A stretch of 64,000 nucleotides of DNA from an uncultured Verrucomicrobiae bacterium (GTDB taxonomy: Bacteria > Verrucomicrobiota > Verrucomicrobiia > Opitutales > JABDGR01): NCBI GenBank assembly GCA_963765205.1, contig CAVXVB010000009.1, positions 736,001 to 800,000 of the forward strand, read 5' to 3'. The notes below the pieces were generated by a model that was not told where the DNA came from, did no database searches, and saw nothing but the letters and a program-made list of their open reading frames with translations. The stretch's first letter is position 1. Each line of letters starts with the position of its first letter. Of this stretch, positions 52,221 through 62,900 are shown piece by piece. A program made the translations under genes and the position numbers.

Positions 52221-52451
52221 TCACCCACGCGCCGGGACTTTCATCTTAGTGCGGATATGCGCCGCGACTTCGACGGGGTCGAAGTAGATGAAGTGCCCGA
52301 CCTTGTGGTAAGGAATGCGCCGAAGCTTCGTCCAATCGCGCAAGGTGCGAATCGAAGGCTCCTTGCCTTTGGGGAAGATGCCGCAGGAGCGAAGTCCAAC
52401 GACATCGGTGAGTTGGCTGGTGAGAACAGGGGGTGTGAGTTGTGTTTCCAT
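52221..52451 (-). CDS. Excisionase-like winged HTH (HTH_17)
   Basis: SIRTLRDW...RIPYHKVGHFIYFD; directly downstream of the integrase. Confidence 0.85.
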   Translation of the reverse strand: METQLTPPVLTSQLTDVVGLRSCGIFPKGKEPSIRTLRDWTKLRRIPYHKVGHFIYFDPVEVAAHIRTKMKVPARG

Positions 52452-52476
52452 ATCTATTTATGCAGGTCAACTGTGG

Positions 52477-53598
52477 TTAAACCGCGACGGGGAAGGCAAT
52501 CGTGCTTGTGCCACCCTGGGGCAGAATGGTGAAGAATTGCTCCGCCTCTTCCTTGCTTTTCAGGTCGAGGTAGTGCTTGCGGATGATGCTCTCGGAATTT
52601 CCTGCTTGCAAGGCGGCCTCACCCATCGAACGGAATTTGGACACGAACATCGAAATGAAGGTGTGCCGGAGGACATCGTGCGTAAGGCCAAAATGCACGA
52701 AAATCTTGCGCCGGGCTTTGGCGACGTTGATAGGGATGATCGGATACCGTTCCAACGGGTAAGCTCGCAGCCAGGCGGCAAGGTTTGGTTGAATAGTCAC
52801 AAGACGTTTCATGCGAACCTTCGACACCTCGGGTTCGATATGAATCACGCCTGTATCCAGGCGGACATGCTCGGGCCGCAGTTTCGCGATTTCACCACAG
52901 AGCACGCTGGGCCGGATGCCCGCGAAGAGGCAGAGCGCAAAGTAGGGCACAAACGCGCCATCCCTAAATCTCTCGACATGCGCCATGAGGTTGGCCGCCT
53001 GCTCCGCCGTGATCGTGATGGCCGAGCCGCGCCGGTGTCGGATGCGATGATGAGGCGTTTTTTCAACGGGGTTGGCAGCAACCCAGTCCTTTCGATAGGC
53101 ATACTTAAAAAACGTCGAAAGCACTCCGCGCCGATTGTTGTAAGTTTTCAATGTCGGCGCACCACGTTCCAGATAGGGCACGAGAGCAACCGGCGAAATG
53201 AGCCCAAGATGTGTCCCGGAAAACTGTTCTTTGAGCGCATTGAGCTCGTAGGTAATTGACCGAACCTGACGGTCGGACACGAGACCACGTTTGGATTCCG
53301 CCCACTTGGCCGCAAGGTATTCGGCCACAGCTTCTGCCAGCGGAAACTCTTTGGCAGTCTCGGGGTAATTCAACAGTGCATAGTCGAGATAGGTGAGCAG
53401 TGACCGCGACCGGCCTTCTGTGCGGCGGAAAGCATCTTCCGCTTCGCGTAATTGAGCATCGGTCAGGAACGTAGTGGCAGGCCGCATACCCGAGGCGACC
53501 TGCATGGCCTTCATTTCTAACGCCGCTTTTTCGGCGGCGGCTTCTTCGCGCGTCTTGAAGTTGCGGCGGATGCGGAGGCCGTGAAGCCGTCCATCCAC
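52477..53598 (-). CDS. Tyrosine recombinase/integrase
   Basis: AGIRP (R), VSK (K), HDVLRH (HxxR) and RKHY (Y); frame stays open upstream to an ATA at 53661. Confidence 0.93.
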   Translation of the reverse strand: MDGRLHGLRIRRNFKTREEAAAEKAALEMKAMQVASGMRPATTFLTDAQLREAEDAFRRTEGRSRSLLTYLDYALLNYPETAKEFPLAEAVAEYLAAKWAESKRGLVSDRQVRSITYELNALKEQFSGTHLGLISPVALVPYLERGAPTLKTYNNRRGVLSTFFKYAYRKDWVAANPVEKTPHHRIRHRRGSAITITAEQAANLMAHVERFRDGAFVPYFALCLFAGIRPSVLCGEIAKLRPEHVRLDTGVIHIEPEVSKVRMKRLVTIQPNLAAWLRAYPLERYPIIPINVAKARRKIFVHFGLTHDVLRHTFISMFVSKFRSMGEAALQAGNSESIIRKHYLDLKSKEEAEQFFTILPQGGTSTIAFPVAV

Positions 53599-53734
53599 CC
53601 GCCAGGACGTGACGCTGTTCCGGTTTTCAAACCGGCTGATGACGAATGTTGAGAGTTTTATGCCTAGGTTGCCACGTCAACTGGGCAACCTAGCTTTGGC
53701 TAAAACTTAAGCCGCTGATCATCAGCGGTTAAAG

Positions 53735-54077
53735 TGGTGGAGGTGGCGGGAATTGAACCCGCGTCCCCTGGGCTTTCGAAGATAACGTCTACAGGCTTAG
53801 CGGGTGATTTGGTTTTGAGCAGGGGCCGCCCCACGCAGGCTGCCCCGGCTCGAGTCATCGGTAGGTTACGATCGCGCCGCCGCTGACCCCGGCGCGACTA
53901 TGCCTGCTGGTGCAAGCCGTCCCTTAGCAGGTTTCCAGGCGGCTTGTCGCTGCATTAAGCTGCGAGTGCGTATTCGTCGTTGCCGACTATACTGTTGGTG
54001 GAGTTTTGACAGAGCCAACCACCATCTCTGGCCTGCAGCCACGTCCGTTGTCCCAAGGTCGAATCCAGAACACCCCC
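53735..54077 (-). ncRNA. ssrA: tmRNA
   Basis: 5' GGGGGTGTTCTGGATTCGAC and 3' GGTTCAATTCCCGCCACCTCCACCA; tag ORF GNDEYALAA* at 53955-53984. Confidence 0.96.
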
Positions 54078-54224
54078 GAAAAGGGAAAGTTAGAATTAAG
54101 AGGGAAGCATTAAGAAGTCAGAAGCACGGCTTCTGTTTGGGCTGCCACATCTCAAAGAACGCGGACATAAAGCCCGGAACAGGTTAAGATAGACAAATTC
54201 GTCCTGATTGGCAAGGCTTTCGCA

Positions 54225-55142
54225 ATGGCTCCCTCCGCCGCCCAAATCAAAGCCTCGCTGCCGCAGACCGCCCTCACGCGCATCGAGGGCCTGCCGTGGC
54301 CGAAAATCGGCTCCGGCAAAGTTCGCGAATTGTTCGATGCGGGCGACGCGCTCCTCATCGTCGCCAGCGACCGCCTTTCGGCCTTTGACGTGATTCTGCC
54401 CGATGGCATTCCGGGCAAGGGGATTTTGCTCACGCAGCTTAGTCTTTGGTGGTTCGGGCGCACCGCCGCCTTGACGCCCAACCACCTGCTGCCCAATCAC
54501 GACGCGGGAGTGGCCCGGCGGCTCCGGGACTTTCCGCAACTGCAAGGCCGCAGCATGTTCGTGCGCAAATTGCGCCCGCTGCCGGTCGAGGCGGTGGTGC
54601 GCGGCTACCTCGCGGGCAGCGGCTGGAAGGCTTATAAGCAAACGGGCCGCCTCTTTGACCAAGCCATGCCCGTGGGCCTGCGCGAAAGTGAGCGGCTGTC
54701 GCAGCCGATTTTTACCCCCACCAGCAAGGCCCACGCCGGCCACGACGAACCGTTGACCGCCACGCAATGCGCGGCGTTGCTCGGCGCGCAACGTTACGTC
54801 GAGGTGCGCGAACTCAGCCTCAAACTTTACGACCTCGGCGTGCGCGAAGCGGCCCGTGCCGGCCTGATTCTGGCCGACACGAAATTCGAGTTCGGCACGG
54901 ATGCCGGCGGCAAACTCTACCTGATTGACGAAGTCCTTACGCCCGACTCCTCGCGCTATTGGCCGGCGGACGCCTATGCACCCGGCCGCGCGCAAATGGC
55001 CTTCGACAAACAGTATGTGCGCGACCACCTCGAAACCCTTGATTGGAACAAAACCCCGCCCGGCCCGCGCCTGCCCGCCGCCATCATCCAGCAAACCCAG
55101 CAACGCTACCTCGAAGCCGTCGAGCGATTGCTGGGCAAATAA
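54225..55142 (+). CDS. purC: SAICAR synthase
   Basis: GKVRE, SDRLSAFDV, LADTKFEFG and DEVLTPDSSR motifs. Confidence 0.97.
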   Translation: MAPSAAQIKASLPQTALTRIEGLPWPKIGSGKVRELFDAGDALLIVASDRLSAFDVILPDGIPGKGILLTQLSLWWFGRTAALTPNHLLPNHDAGVARRLRDFPQLQGRSMFVRKLRPLPVEAVVRGYLAGSGWKAYKQTGRLFDQAMPVGLRESERLSQPIFTPTSKAHAGHDEPLTATQCAALLGAQRYVEVRELSLKLYDLGVREAARAGLILADTKFEFGTDAGGKLYLIDEVLTPDSSRYWPADAYAPGRAQMAFDKQYVRDHLETLDWNKTPPGPRLPAAIIQQTQQRYLEAVERLLGK

Positions 55143-55150
55143 ATCGTCCC

Positions 55151-55471
55151 ATGAAAGAAGTATACTACAACTTGGACAGCACGAAAGTGGGGCTGTATAA
55201 GTCGGTGCTCGAGGAGGCCGGCATTGCGTGTTTCGTGCGCAATGAAGATTCGAGCCTGATAGTGCGCATCCCGAGCCGGGTGTATGACCGCGCTCTCTGT
55301 GTCGTCAACGATGCCGACTACGACCAGGCCAAGGCGATTGTGGACGCCTACCGGCTGCCTGTGTCCACGACGGGCGGCGACTGGACTTGCCCGCAGTGCC
55401 AGTCGGTCGTGCCCGCTGCGTTTGATGCGTGCTGGAAATGCGAGCACGCGCGCCCGGCCACACCAGGTTGA
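55151..55471 (+). CDS. DUF2007-like protein with C-terminal zinc ribbon
   Basis: LEEAGIACFVRNE; WTCPQC..FDACWKC. Confidence 0.8.
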   Translation: MKEVYYNLDSTKVGLYKSVLEEAGIACFVRNEDSSLIVRIPSRVYDRALCVVNDADYDQAKAIVDAYRLPVSTTGGDWTCPQCQSVVPAAFDACWKCEHARPATPG

Positions 55472-55593
55472 TAATTCCAGCGCCGCTTCCGCCGGGTGGG
55501 GGATGACGGGGAACCCGGCCAGTTAGCTGGCTGAAGTAGCGCGCGCAAAAAATCCGTGCCATCCGTGGATTCCGTGGTAAAATCAGCGTCCCC

Positions 55594-55797
55594 ATGAAAA
55601 CCCAAAAAGGCACGGAAATCTGCCCCGCCCTTGCCACCGCGCTCGCGGCCCAACCGCGCGTGCTGAAAATTTTTGAGGCCATGCCGCCTTCGCACCAGCG
55701 CGAATACAACAAGCATATCGCCGAAGCCAAAAAACCCGAAACGGCCCAACGCCGCGCCGAAAAGGCCCTGGAGAAAATTGGTGCATGGAAGAAGTAA
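55594..55797 (+). CDS. YdeI/OmpD-associated family protein
   Basis: FEAMPPSHQREY..I.EAKKPET..RR..K. Confidence 0.85.
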   Translation: MKTQKGTEICPALATALAAQPRVLKIFEAMPPSHQREYNKHIAEAKKPETAQRRAEKALEKIGAWKK

Positions 55798-56266
55798 TCC
55801 GTTGGGTCGGGACGCCTTTCCGAAACGGCCGTTTTTCCATTGATTTTCCCTTAATGCTGCCATCACCCGTCGTGCATGAAGGTGCGGACATTGTAGGTCG
55901 CCTCGGGTTTGGCGGGGGGAATATCCGCCTCACCATTGGGCACTTCACTGAGCCAGGTGTCCGCGGCATACATGGCGGCGGCAGGCGCGGGCTACGAACT
56001 TGCGGCTTTAATCGCGCAGACGGAAACGGCGAGGAGCGCACCAAGGAGTGCACCCATAATTGTGTGGGTATTCATGGCAAAAGTCTCCAGCGATTGCCGC
56101 TGACCAACTTCGGCGGGGTAAATGGCGTCATAAAATGGCGCCCGGGAGTCGTCGGGGCGAGTTATAGAGTGCGTTCGGACAAAGGGTTAGATCACTCCAT
56201 TGTTGAACGGAAATCGTTTTGAAAAAGATTGGCGGGCGGGGCGCGCGGACTTAATTTGGGATTTTT

Positions 56267-57571
56267 ATGTCAAATTCGGCTCAAAAGCTCAAACTCCTCA
56301 TCGTCGGCTCCGGCGCGCGCGAACATGCCTTGGTCAAGGCGGCGCGGCGCAGCCTCCTCGTGGGCGAGGTGCTGGCCGCGCCGGGCAATGCGGGAATTGC
56401 CGAAGAGGCCGTTTGCCACGCCGTGAAGGCGGATAATGTCGCCAACTTGGTGGCGCTGGCCAAAGCGGAGCAGGTGGATTTTGTCATCGTCGGGCCGGAG
56501 GTGCCGCTCAGTCTCGGGTTGGTGGATGAATTGGCCACCGTGGGCATTTTGGCGTTCGGGCCAAGTCGCGCGGGCGCGCAATTGGAGGCGAGCAAGGTTT
56601 ACACCAAGGCTTTCCTGCTGCGGAACAAAATTCCGACGGCTTATGGCGAGGCGTTCACGTCGTCCGCCGCCGCGCTGGCTTACCTCGCCCAAAAGACTTT
56701 GCCGATCGTGATCAAGGCGAGCGGGCTGGCGGCGGGCAAGGGCGTGACGGTCGCGGCGACGCGCGCGGAGGCGGAGGCCGCCGTGCGCGCGGCGCTCGAC
56801 GAAAAGGTTTTTGGCCCGAGCGGCGATGAGGTTTTGATCGAGGACTTTCTGCCGGGCGAGGAGGCTTCGATGATGCTGGTGGTCTGCGGCGAGAAATACC
56901 TGCTGCTGCCGGCAAGCCAGGACCACAAGCGGGTGGGCGAGGGCGACACGGGCGCCAACACCGGCGGCATGGGCGCCTATGCCCCGGCGGCAGTGGTGGA
57001 CGCGCCACTGCGGGCGCGCATCGAGCGGGAAATCATCCGCCCCACGCTGGCGGCCTTCACCCGCGAAGGATTGGACTACCGCGGCGTGCTCTACATCGGC
57101 CTGATGTTGACGCCGGCGGGGCCGGCGGTCGTCGAGTTCAATGTGCGGTTTGGCGACCCGGAGTGCCAGGTGCTGCTGCCACTGCTGGCGGGGGACCCAA
57201 TAAAAATTTTATGGGACTGCACGAATGGCACGCTCGACCCGGCGGCGTGCCCGCTGCAGCCGCTGTTCACGGCGGCGGTTGTCCTGGCCGCGCATAATTA
57301 TCCGGCGAATCCGCGCCTCGGCGACGTGATTACACTGCCGTCGGCGGCCAGTTTGCCCGCGAACGTGGATATTCTGCACGCGGGTACCAAGCGCCGGGCG
57401 GACGGCGCGCTGGCGACCAGCGGCGGGCGCGTGTTCAGTGTCGTGGCGGCGGCGCCGACCTTGCGCACGGCGCTCGCGGCGGCCTATGTGGTCTGCGCGC
57501 AAATAAAATTTGCCGGGGCGCATTACCGTCGCGACATCGGCGCGCGGCAACTGGCGCGGGAAAAACGTTGA
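56267..57571 (+). CDS. purD: Phosphoribosylamine-glycine ligase
   Basis: GSGAREHA, GLAAGKGV, QDHKR, NTGGMGAY and EFNVRFGDPE motifs. Confidence 0.98.
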   Translation: MSNSAQKLKLLIVGSGAREHALVKAARRSLLVGEVLAAPGNAGIAEEAVCHAVKADNVANLVALAKAEQVDFVIVGPEVPLSLGLVDELATVGILAFGPSRAGAQLEASKVYTKAFLLRNKIPTAYGEAFTSSAAALAYLAQKTLPIVIKASGLAAGKGVTVAATRAEAEAAVRAALDEKVFGPSGDEVLIEDFLPGEEASMMLVVCGEKYLLLPASQDHKRVGEGDTGANTGGMGAYAPAAVVDAPLRARIEREIIRPTLAAFTREGLDYRGVLYIGLMLTPAGPAVVEFNVRFGDPECQVLLPLLAGDPIKILWDCTNGTLDPAACPLQPLFTAAVVLAAHNYPANPRLGDVITLPSAASLPANVDILHAGTKRRADGALATSGGRVFSVVAAAPTLRTALAAAYVVCAQIKFAGAHYRRDIGARQLAREKR

Positions 57572-57689
57572 ACAATCGAGTTCTTTGCCACTGAAACCGC
57601 CCAAGACACTATACGAAGTTCAGGTCGAAAATTCTCGTCAAGGCAGCGTGCGCTTGTGTATTTTTTGGGTTTGGCCTTAAATTAATCCG

Positions 57690-58727
57690 ATGCCCCTGCT
57701 TGTTTTCCTTGCCGCCGCCATGCTGGCCCTGCCACCGGATGTGAATTCCACGCTCTTTCCCGGCGTGGATACGCGCGACCCGGCGGAGATTGAACTGGCC
57801 GGGCTGGCGGCGCTCTACCCGGGTGGGGTGCTGCACCAGCCACCACAGAAATTGCAGGACGCGAACTTGGGGCGGCTGCCGAAGTCCGTCGAATTGCCGC
57901 GCAACGCGCTCAACATCAATTATGTGCGGGTGTATGACCTGCATGTGTCCAAGAAACAACTGGAGGACGCGCTGGCCGCCAACACAATGTTGATCATTGA
58001 TTTTCGTTACGTTTATGCGGAAGCCGCCGATGCGGAGGATTTTGCGGACGATCTGGCCAAGGCCGGGCTGGCCAGCGTGCCGTTACGAGGAGTGGGCACC
58101 ATCCATAACCCGGCGGATTTGCCCATGCCGGCCAACCCGGACCGGCCGCCGCCGCTGGTGCTGGTGCTCGTCAACGGGCAAACGGCGGGGACGTTGGAGG
58201 CCTGGCTGGAAGCTTTCCAGGAAAAGGAAAGCGTGCTGGCCGTGGGCACGCCGACCGCCGGCCAGCCGGGGACTTACCACACCGCCCCCGGCCATACAGA
58301 CTATTACATCCTTGATGGCGAACTGGAGCCGGACCAGGAAATATCGCCGGACAGCGTTTCCGTCCTCGGCACCGGGCTGAAACCGAGGTTTGCAGTGGAG
58401 GTGACGCCGGAGCAAAACAAGCGCGCGTATGCTTTGGTCGAAAACGGCACGGATGTGCTGGCGATGTTGCGGCGCGACCACGTCACCGCCGCAGCTGCGG
58501 CCCTTGCTCCCGCGCCGACCAACAGCACCAGCATTCCCGCGACCCAAGCCGCGCCCGCCACCTCGGCGACCACCACCGAGGACGTGGGCGACCCGGTGTT
58601 GCAACGGGCGGTGGATGTGGTTGCCGCTTTACAAGTGCTGGGCCGGGTGCCATCGTCAAAACCCGCCGACCCGGGCAAGGCGGGGAGCACGGCGGCTGGC
58701 TCCTCGACCAGCCCGGCCCGGAATTAA
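57690..58727 (+). CDS. S41 peptidase-like secreted protein (degenerate)
   Basis: IIDFR, LVLVNGQTAGTLE, GTPTAG, G.GLKP and DPVLQRAVD motifs. Confidence 0.65.
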   Translation: MPLLVFLAAAMLALPPDVNSTLFPGVDTRDPAEIELAGLAALYPGGVLHQPPQKLQDANLGRLPKSVELPRNALNINYVRVYDLHVSKKQLEDALAANTMLIIDFRYVYAEAADAEDFADDLAKAGLASVPLRGVGTIHNPADLPMPANPDRPPPLVLVLVNGQTAGTLEAWLEAFQEKESVLAVGTPTAGQPGTYHTAPGHTDYYILDGELEPDQEISPDSVSVLGTGLKPRFAVEVTPEQNKRAYALVENGTDVLAMLRRDHVTAAAAALAPAPTNSTSIPATQAAPATSATTTEDVGDPVLQRAVDVVAALQVLGRVPSSKPADPGKAGSTAAGSSTSPARN

Positions 58728-58813
58728 CCCAGCCATTCTATCACACAGATTCATTTTGGCAGTCTGCGGGTGACTTCTCGCCCAGGCGGGATCGCTACCC
58801 AAGAAAGAACCGG

Positions 58814-59305
58814 ATGTCCGCGCGGAATGTCATCACCTTTGTTTGCACGGCCAACGTGTGCCGCAGCCCCATGGCGCAGCACCTGCTCGCCCATGCGCTC
58901 GGCGCCGAGCCGGAGCCGCTGCGCTCGCTGGTGACGGCCTCGGCGGGCATCTCCGCTTATGGCGGCGACGCGCCCTCGCTAAATTCCGTGCGCGTGCTGG
59001 AGAGCGTAGGCATAGATTTGCACGACCATGTGAGCCAGCGCCTGACCCAAGAGTTGATTGACCGGTCGTTCGCGCTTTTTTGCATGACCTCGACCCACCG
59101 GCTGTTGATCGAGACGCAGTTTCAGGCCACCACCCCGCATATCTACCTGATGCGCGAGTTCATGCCGCCCGGCGTCGAAAAGGAAATCCCCGACCCCTAC
59201 GGGTTGGAGCGCGAGGCCTACGAAGTCTGCCGCGACTCGATGGTCGAGGCCGTGCCATCGATCCTGGCTTTTTTACGGAAAGAATATAAGCATAATGGAA
59301 AATGA
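58814..59305 (+). CDS. Low-molecular-weight protein phosphatase
   Basis: CTANVCRSPMA P-loop and IPDPYG; adjacent to rpiB. Confidence 0.92.
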   Translation: MSARNVITFVCTANVCRSPMAQHLLAHALGAEPEPLRSLVTASAGISAYGGDAPSLNSVRVLESVGIDLHDHVSQRLTQELIDRSFALFCMTSTHRLLIETQFQATTPHIYLMREFMPPGVEKEIPDPYGLEREAYEVCRDSMVEAVPSILAFLRKEYKHNGK

Positions 59306-59440
59306 AAGATGGAAAATGGAAAAATCAATTCATCCAGTCAACCGATTTTTCAAAAGCTTGGTCAGTTGCCTTTTTTCCTTTTTCCATTCCTCCATTTCTT
59401 TGCCTTTCTTTTTCCATCTTTCCTTTTCCATCTTCCATTC
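59294..59440. repeat. Inverted pair of degenerate heptamer tandem arrays
   Basis: AATGGAA/AATGAAA/GATGGAA units followed by TTCCATT/TTCCATC units. Confidence 0.7.
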
Positions 59441-59488
59441 CTTTATTCCTTTGCTAACTTCGCGTCTTCGCGGTGAAATAACTCCCTC

Positions 59489-59929
59489 ATGAAAATCTCC
59501 CTCGGAGCGGACCACGGCGGCGTGGACTTGAAGGACGCGCTCGCGCAGGTGCTGCGCACGGCGGGCCTCGGAGTCCTGGACCGCGGCACGCACGGGCACG
59601 ATTCGGTGGACTACCCGGATTTCGCCGTGGCCGTCGCGCGCGACGTGGCCGGCGGAGTGGCCGAGCGCGGCATCCTCGTCTGCACCACCGGCATCGGCGT
59701 GTGCATCGCCGCGAACAAAATCCATCAAGTCCGCGCCGCCTTGTGCTTCAACGAGGACGGCGCGGAATTTTGCCGTCGGCACAACAACGCCAACGTCCTC
59801 TGCTTCGGCCAGAAATACATCACCCCCTACATGGCGCAAAAGATGGCGATGATTTTCCTCAACACCGCCTTCGAAGGCGGCCGCCACGAACGGCGGGTTG
59901 AGAAGATTGCGGCGGAGGAAGCGGGTTAG
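59489..59929 (+). CDS. rpiB: Ribose-5-phosphate isomerase B
   Basis: GADHGG, SVDYPD, CTTGIG, HNNAN and FEGGRH motifs. Confidence 0.96.
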   Translation: MKISLGADHGGVDLKDALAQVLRTAGLGVLDRGTHGHDSVDYPDFAVAVARDVAGGVAERGILVCTTGIGVCIAANKIHQVRAALCFNEDGAEFCRRHNNANVLCFGQKYITPYMAQKMAMIFLNTAFEGGRHERRVEKIAAEEAG

Positions 59930-62900
59930 TTTTTTCCTAAAAGCAGCGTCTGCGCCTGTCGGTCCCCCCGATTCGGTACCGCGGTGGCTGTGTCACCGCG
60001 TTCCACGAGGGCTATTTCTTGGGGTGTGAGTTCATAAAGTTGATAGACCAACTGGTCAATATCGCGGTCGGTCTTGGTCAGGGCATTTTGGAGGGCGGCC
60101 CTTTCCTTGTCGGACTTCGCCGTGCGCGCCGCCGGGGTGAGCGTCAGCATTTTATCCACCAGCGCGACGAGTCGGTCGTGCTTGATTTTCTCCGCCGGGA
60201 TTTTTAAATCCAGCGCAACAATCGGAAATGCCGCCAACTCGTTCACCTTAAATTGGGGGAAGATTTTCCGTTGGAATTTATCGAATTTCTTTTGGAACCA
60301 ATAGGAAATCAATCTAGAGTTCAGCACACCCAGCAGAAATTCGGGCGTGAGGGTTTTGGAGGAAAAAACCACCATGCTGTTGATGTCGTTGTAAAATGAC
60401 TCCTTCGTCAATACCGCCGAGATATGGTAGGGGGCGGCGGCCGGGATTTGTCGCACCAGAATCCGCGGCCCGGTAAAAGGCACCGAATGCCTTGGCTCGG
60501 CAATCCAATCGCCATAAGCCAGCCATTCCCCCGACCACCCCAGATGGTAGCGGCCCACGTCAATACCGTCCAAATAACGCCCATAGGATGCGTTCTTTTT
60601 ATTTCGCGCATGAAAAACCCGTTCCCGTTTCTGTTTATCCGTTTGCCGTGGGTTCCCTTTGCCAATCTGGTAGACCTTCAATCCCGTTGAGACCGTGGCA
60701 TACTGTTCCAAAGGCAGGGAGCGCGATTCCATTTTTTTCAAAATGGCCGACCCGTCCCGATCATTGAGCAGACTGATTTGAATGATATAGTCTGGGGCGG
60801 TGATCGCCTCCGTTGGTGTGTTGGTTTCGCTCACAATTTTGCCGCTTTTCATCTGACCTAGGCGGAGGGCCGTGGGATGAGACTTGGCCAAGGTGACGAC
60901 GCAAGTGTCCACATCGGCGGCTTCAAACACCCGGTCGAGAATATTCACAATGTGCAGGTTTCCCGATTCCGCCAGGATAAAGCGTCGCAAAGGGGAGAAA
61001 CTGCTGATCGTCAGCCAATTATTGGGGGTGATGAATCCGAACGTCCTTCGTCTTTTAACATCCGATACGAACCTTCAAGAAAAATACCGAAGGTGTTCAA
61101 TTGGTTGCTTTGATGGCGTTAATTCGCGTAATAATAAGTTTTCTCCTCGTCGCGAATGCCTTGATTGCGGGTGAAAATATACGGCGGATTCCCAACCACC
61201 GCGTCAAATCCGCCGTTTTTCATGATGGACGGAAACTGGACATCCCAGTCCCCGGCATTGACGCGCACCAGCTCATCCGGGTCGAGGGAAAAGTCAGAGG
61301 CAATGAGCGAATTGAAACACTTGATGTTCTGATCCAGCGGCGGCAGGAGCGGAGCGCCGCGAAAAAGTTCTGTTTGCGCCCGCAAGGTTTCCCGGTTTTC
61401 ACCCTCCAGCATTTTGAGGTAAAGAGACAAGTGCGTGACCTCGACCGCCTGGGCGTCAATATCCACGCCGAAAATATTGCTTTCCAAAATGCGGCGTTTG
61501 AGGGCCGTCGTAAGCCGGACGTTGCCAGCGGTGTCAATGTAGCAATCTTCCTTCCGGCGCTTCTCCTGGTTTTTTGTAAAATAGTCGAGGTAATGCTTCA
61601 TCATGCGTTCGTAAGCGCAGAGCAAAAAGGAGCCGGAACCGCAGGCCGGATCTACAATCCGCATTTTTTCCGCCTCTTTCGGCGTCGTCTCTCCGAGCAT
61701 CAACCCGACGGTCTGCTCGACGATGTAATCCACAATGTAGCGCGGCGTGTAATAGACGCCGCCCGCTTTGCGCACTTCGGGCTTTTCATCAATTTTGGCG
61801 CCCCGGCCCTGCGGAACGAGAATTTTGCCCAGAAAGCGTTCATAAGCGTCACCGAGAATTTCGACTTTAATGTCGGCAAAGTTATAGCCTGTGTCATCGT
61901 CGGTCAAATCGACTATAAAATTTGCCAGCCATTCGTCGCCCACCATCAATTCCTCCGAAAAGTGGGGCTTGAAGAGCTGGCCATTGAAGAAGGGTTTGTA
62001 ACTTGGAGGGCGGCGATCGAGGGACTGGAGGTGCTCGACGAGTTCGCGGTAGAGGGAACCGTCGGCGCGGCCACCGAAACCGTCAGCCGGCGGCTCCTCT
62101 TCGAGAACGCCGCCCCCGAAGCGCATATGCGTCTGCCGGTTCGGCCGGCGCAAACGCGGCGGTGACTTTTGCTGGCGATACCAGCCGTCAAAAATGGATT
62201 TGAGCAGGATGCCCGTGTCAATGCCGCGATCCTCGCAGATGCGCAGGAATACGAGCCGGTCCAGAATGCGCTGGGCGGCTTCGTTGAGCCGGTGCCCTTC
62301 CAACAGATCGGCGCGATTGTTGTGTTTGAGTAAATCCGAACCCAACTGCTGGCGAACATCATCAAGGAAATTTAAGAATTCCGCGTCTGGCGAACGGGTT
62401 CGATCAGGACGGATTAGATAACCCTGCCGGCCTTTAATCCGCAAAGGACGCTTGGGCAGGGATTCAATCAGGCGGTCAATGCTGCCAGTCTTGACGTTTT
62501 CGTAGGCCAGCAAATCCCAGATCTCCCGGGCGCTCGCACGGTATTGCTTGAAGTTGAGAACCTTCCATTCGCCGGTATGCGGATCATCAATTTGGGGGCG
62601 TGCTCCGACAATGTATATTTTCAGTTCCTCAAAATCCGACAGCAGGGCCAAGGGGATGCCACGCCAGAAGGCATCCCGCTTGGCCTGGAAGATGTGCCGG
62701 TCGCTCAGGGCCTCGGCGGGTTTTTTGGCTTCGCAGGTGAAACGGTCCACCTTCGCGTAACGGAACACATAATCGGCGCGGGTTTGCCGCCCGGAATAAA
62801 GCGTGCGCACTTCGATGTCCACTTCGCGCTCGGTATGAATCAGGCCCTTGTCATTGCCCACGTCCCAGCCAAGGGCGCGGAATAGTTTGTCGAGATAATC

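Larger units (their letters stand above)
49556..53759. mobile_element. tmRNA-integrated ~4.2 kb integrative element
   Basis: 22-bp direct repeat TGGAGGTGGCGGGAATTGAACC at 49556-49577 and 53738-53759; contains integrase and excisionase; arm repeats TGGGCAACCT at 49695, 49706 and 53682. Confidence 0.93.

Noticed and set aside
53900..54187. ORF overlapping tmRNA
   Set aside because: The region is fully explained by ssrA on the opposite strand.
55850..56075. Minus-strand signal-peptide-like ORF MNTHTIMGALLGALLAV
   Set aside because: Stops after 27 codons; cannot be supported as a gene.
59295..59492. 65-aa ORF between the phosphatase and rpiB
   Set aside because: It is the translation of heptamer repeats, not a credible protein.
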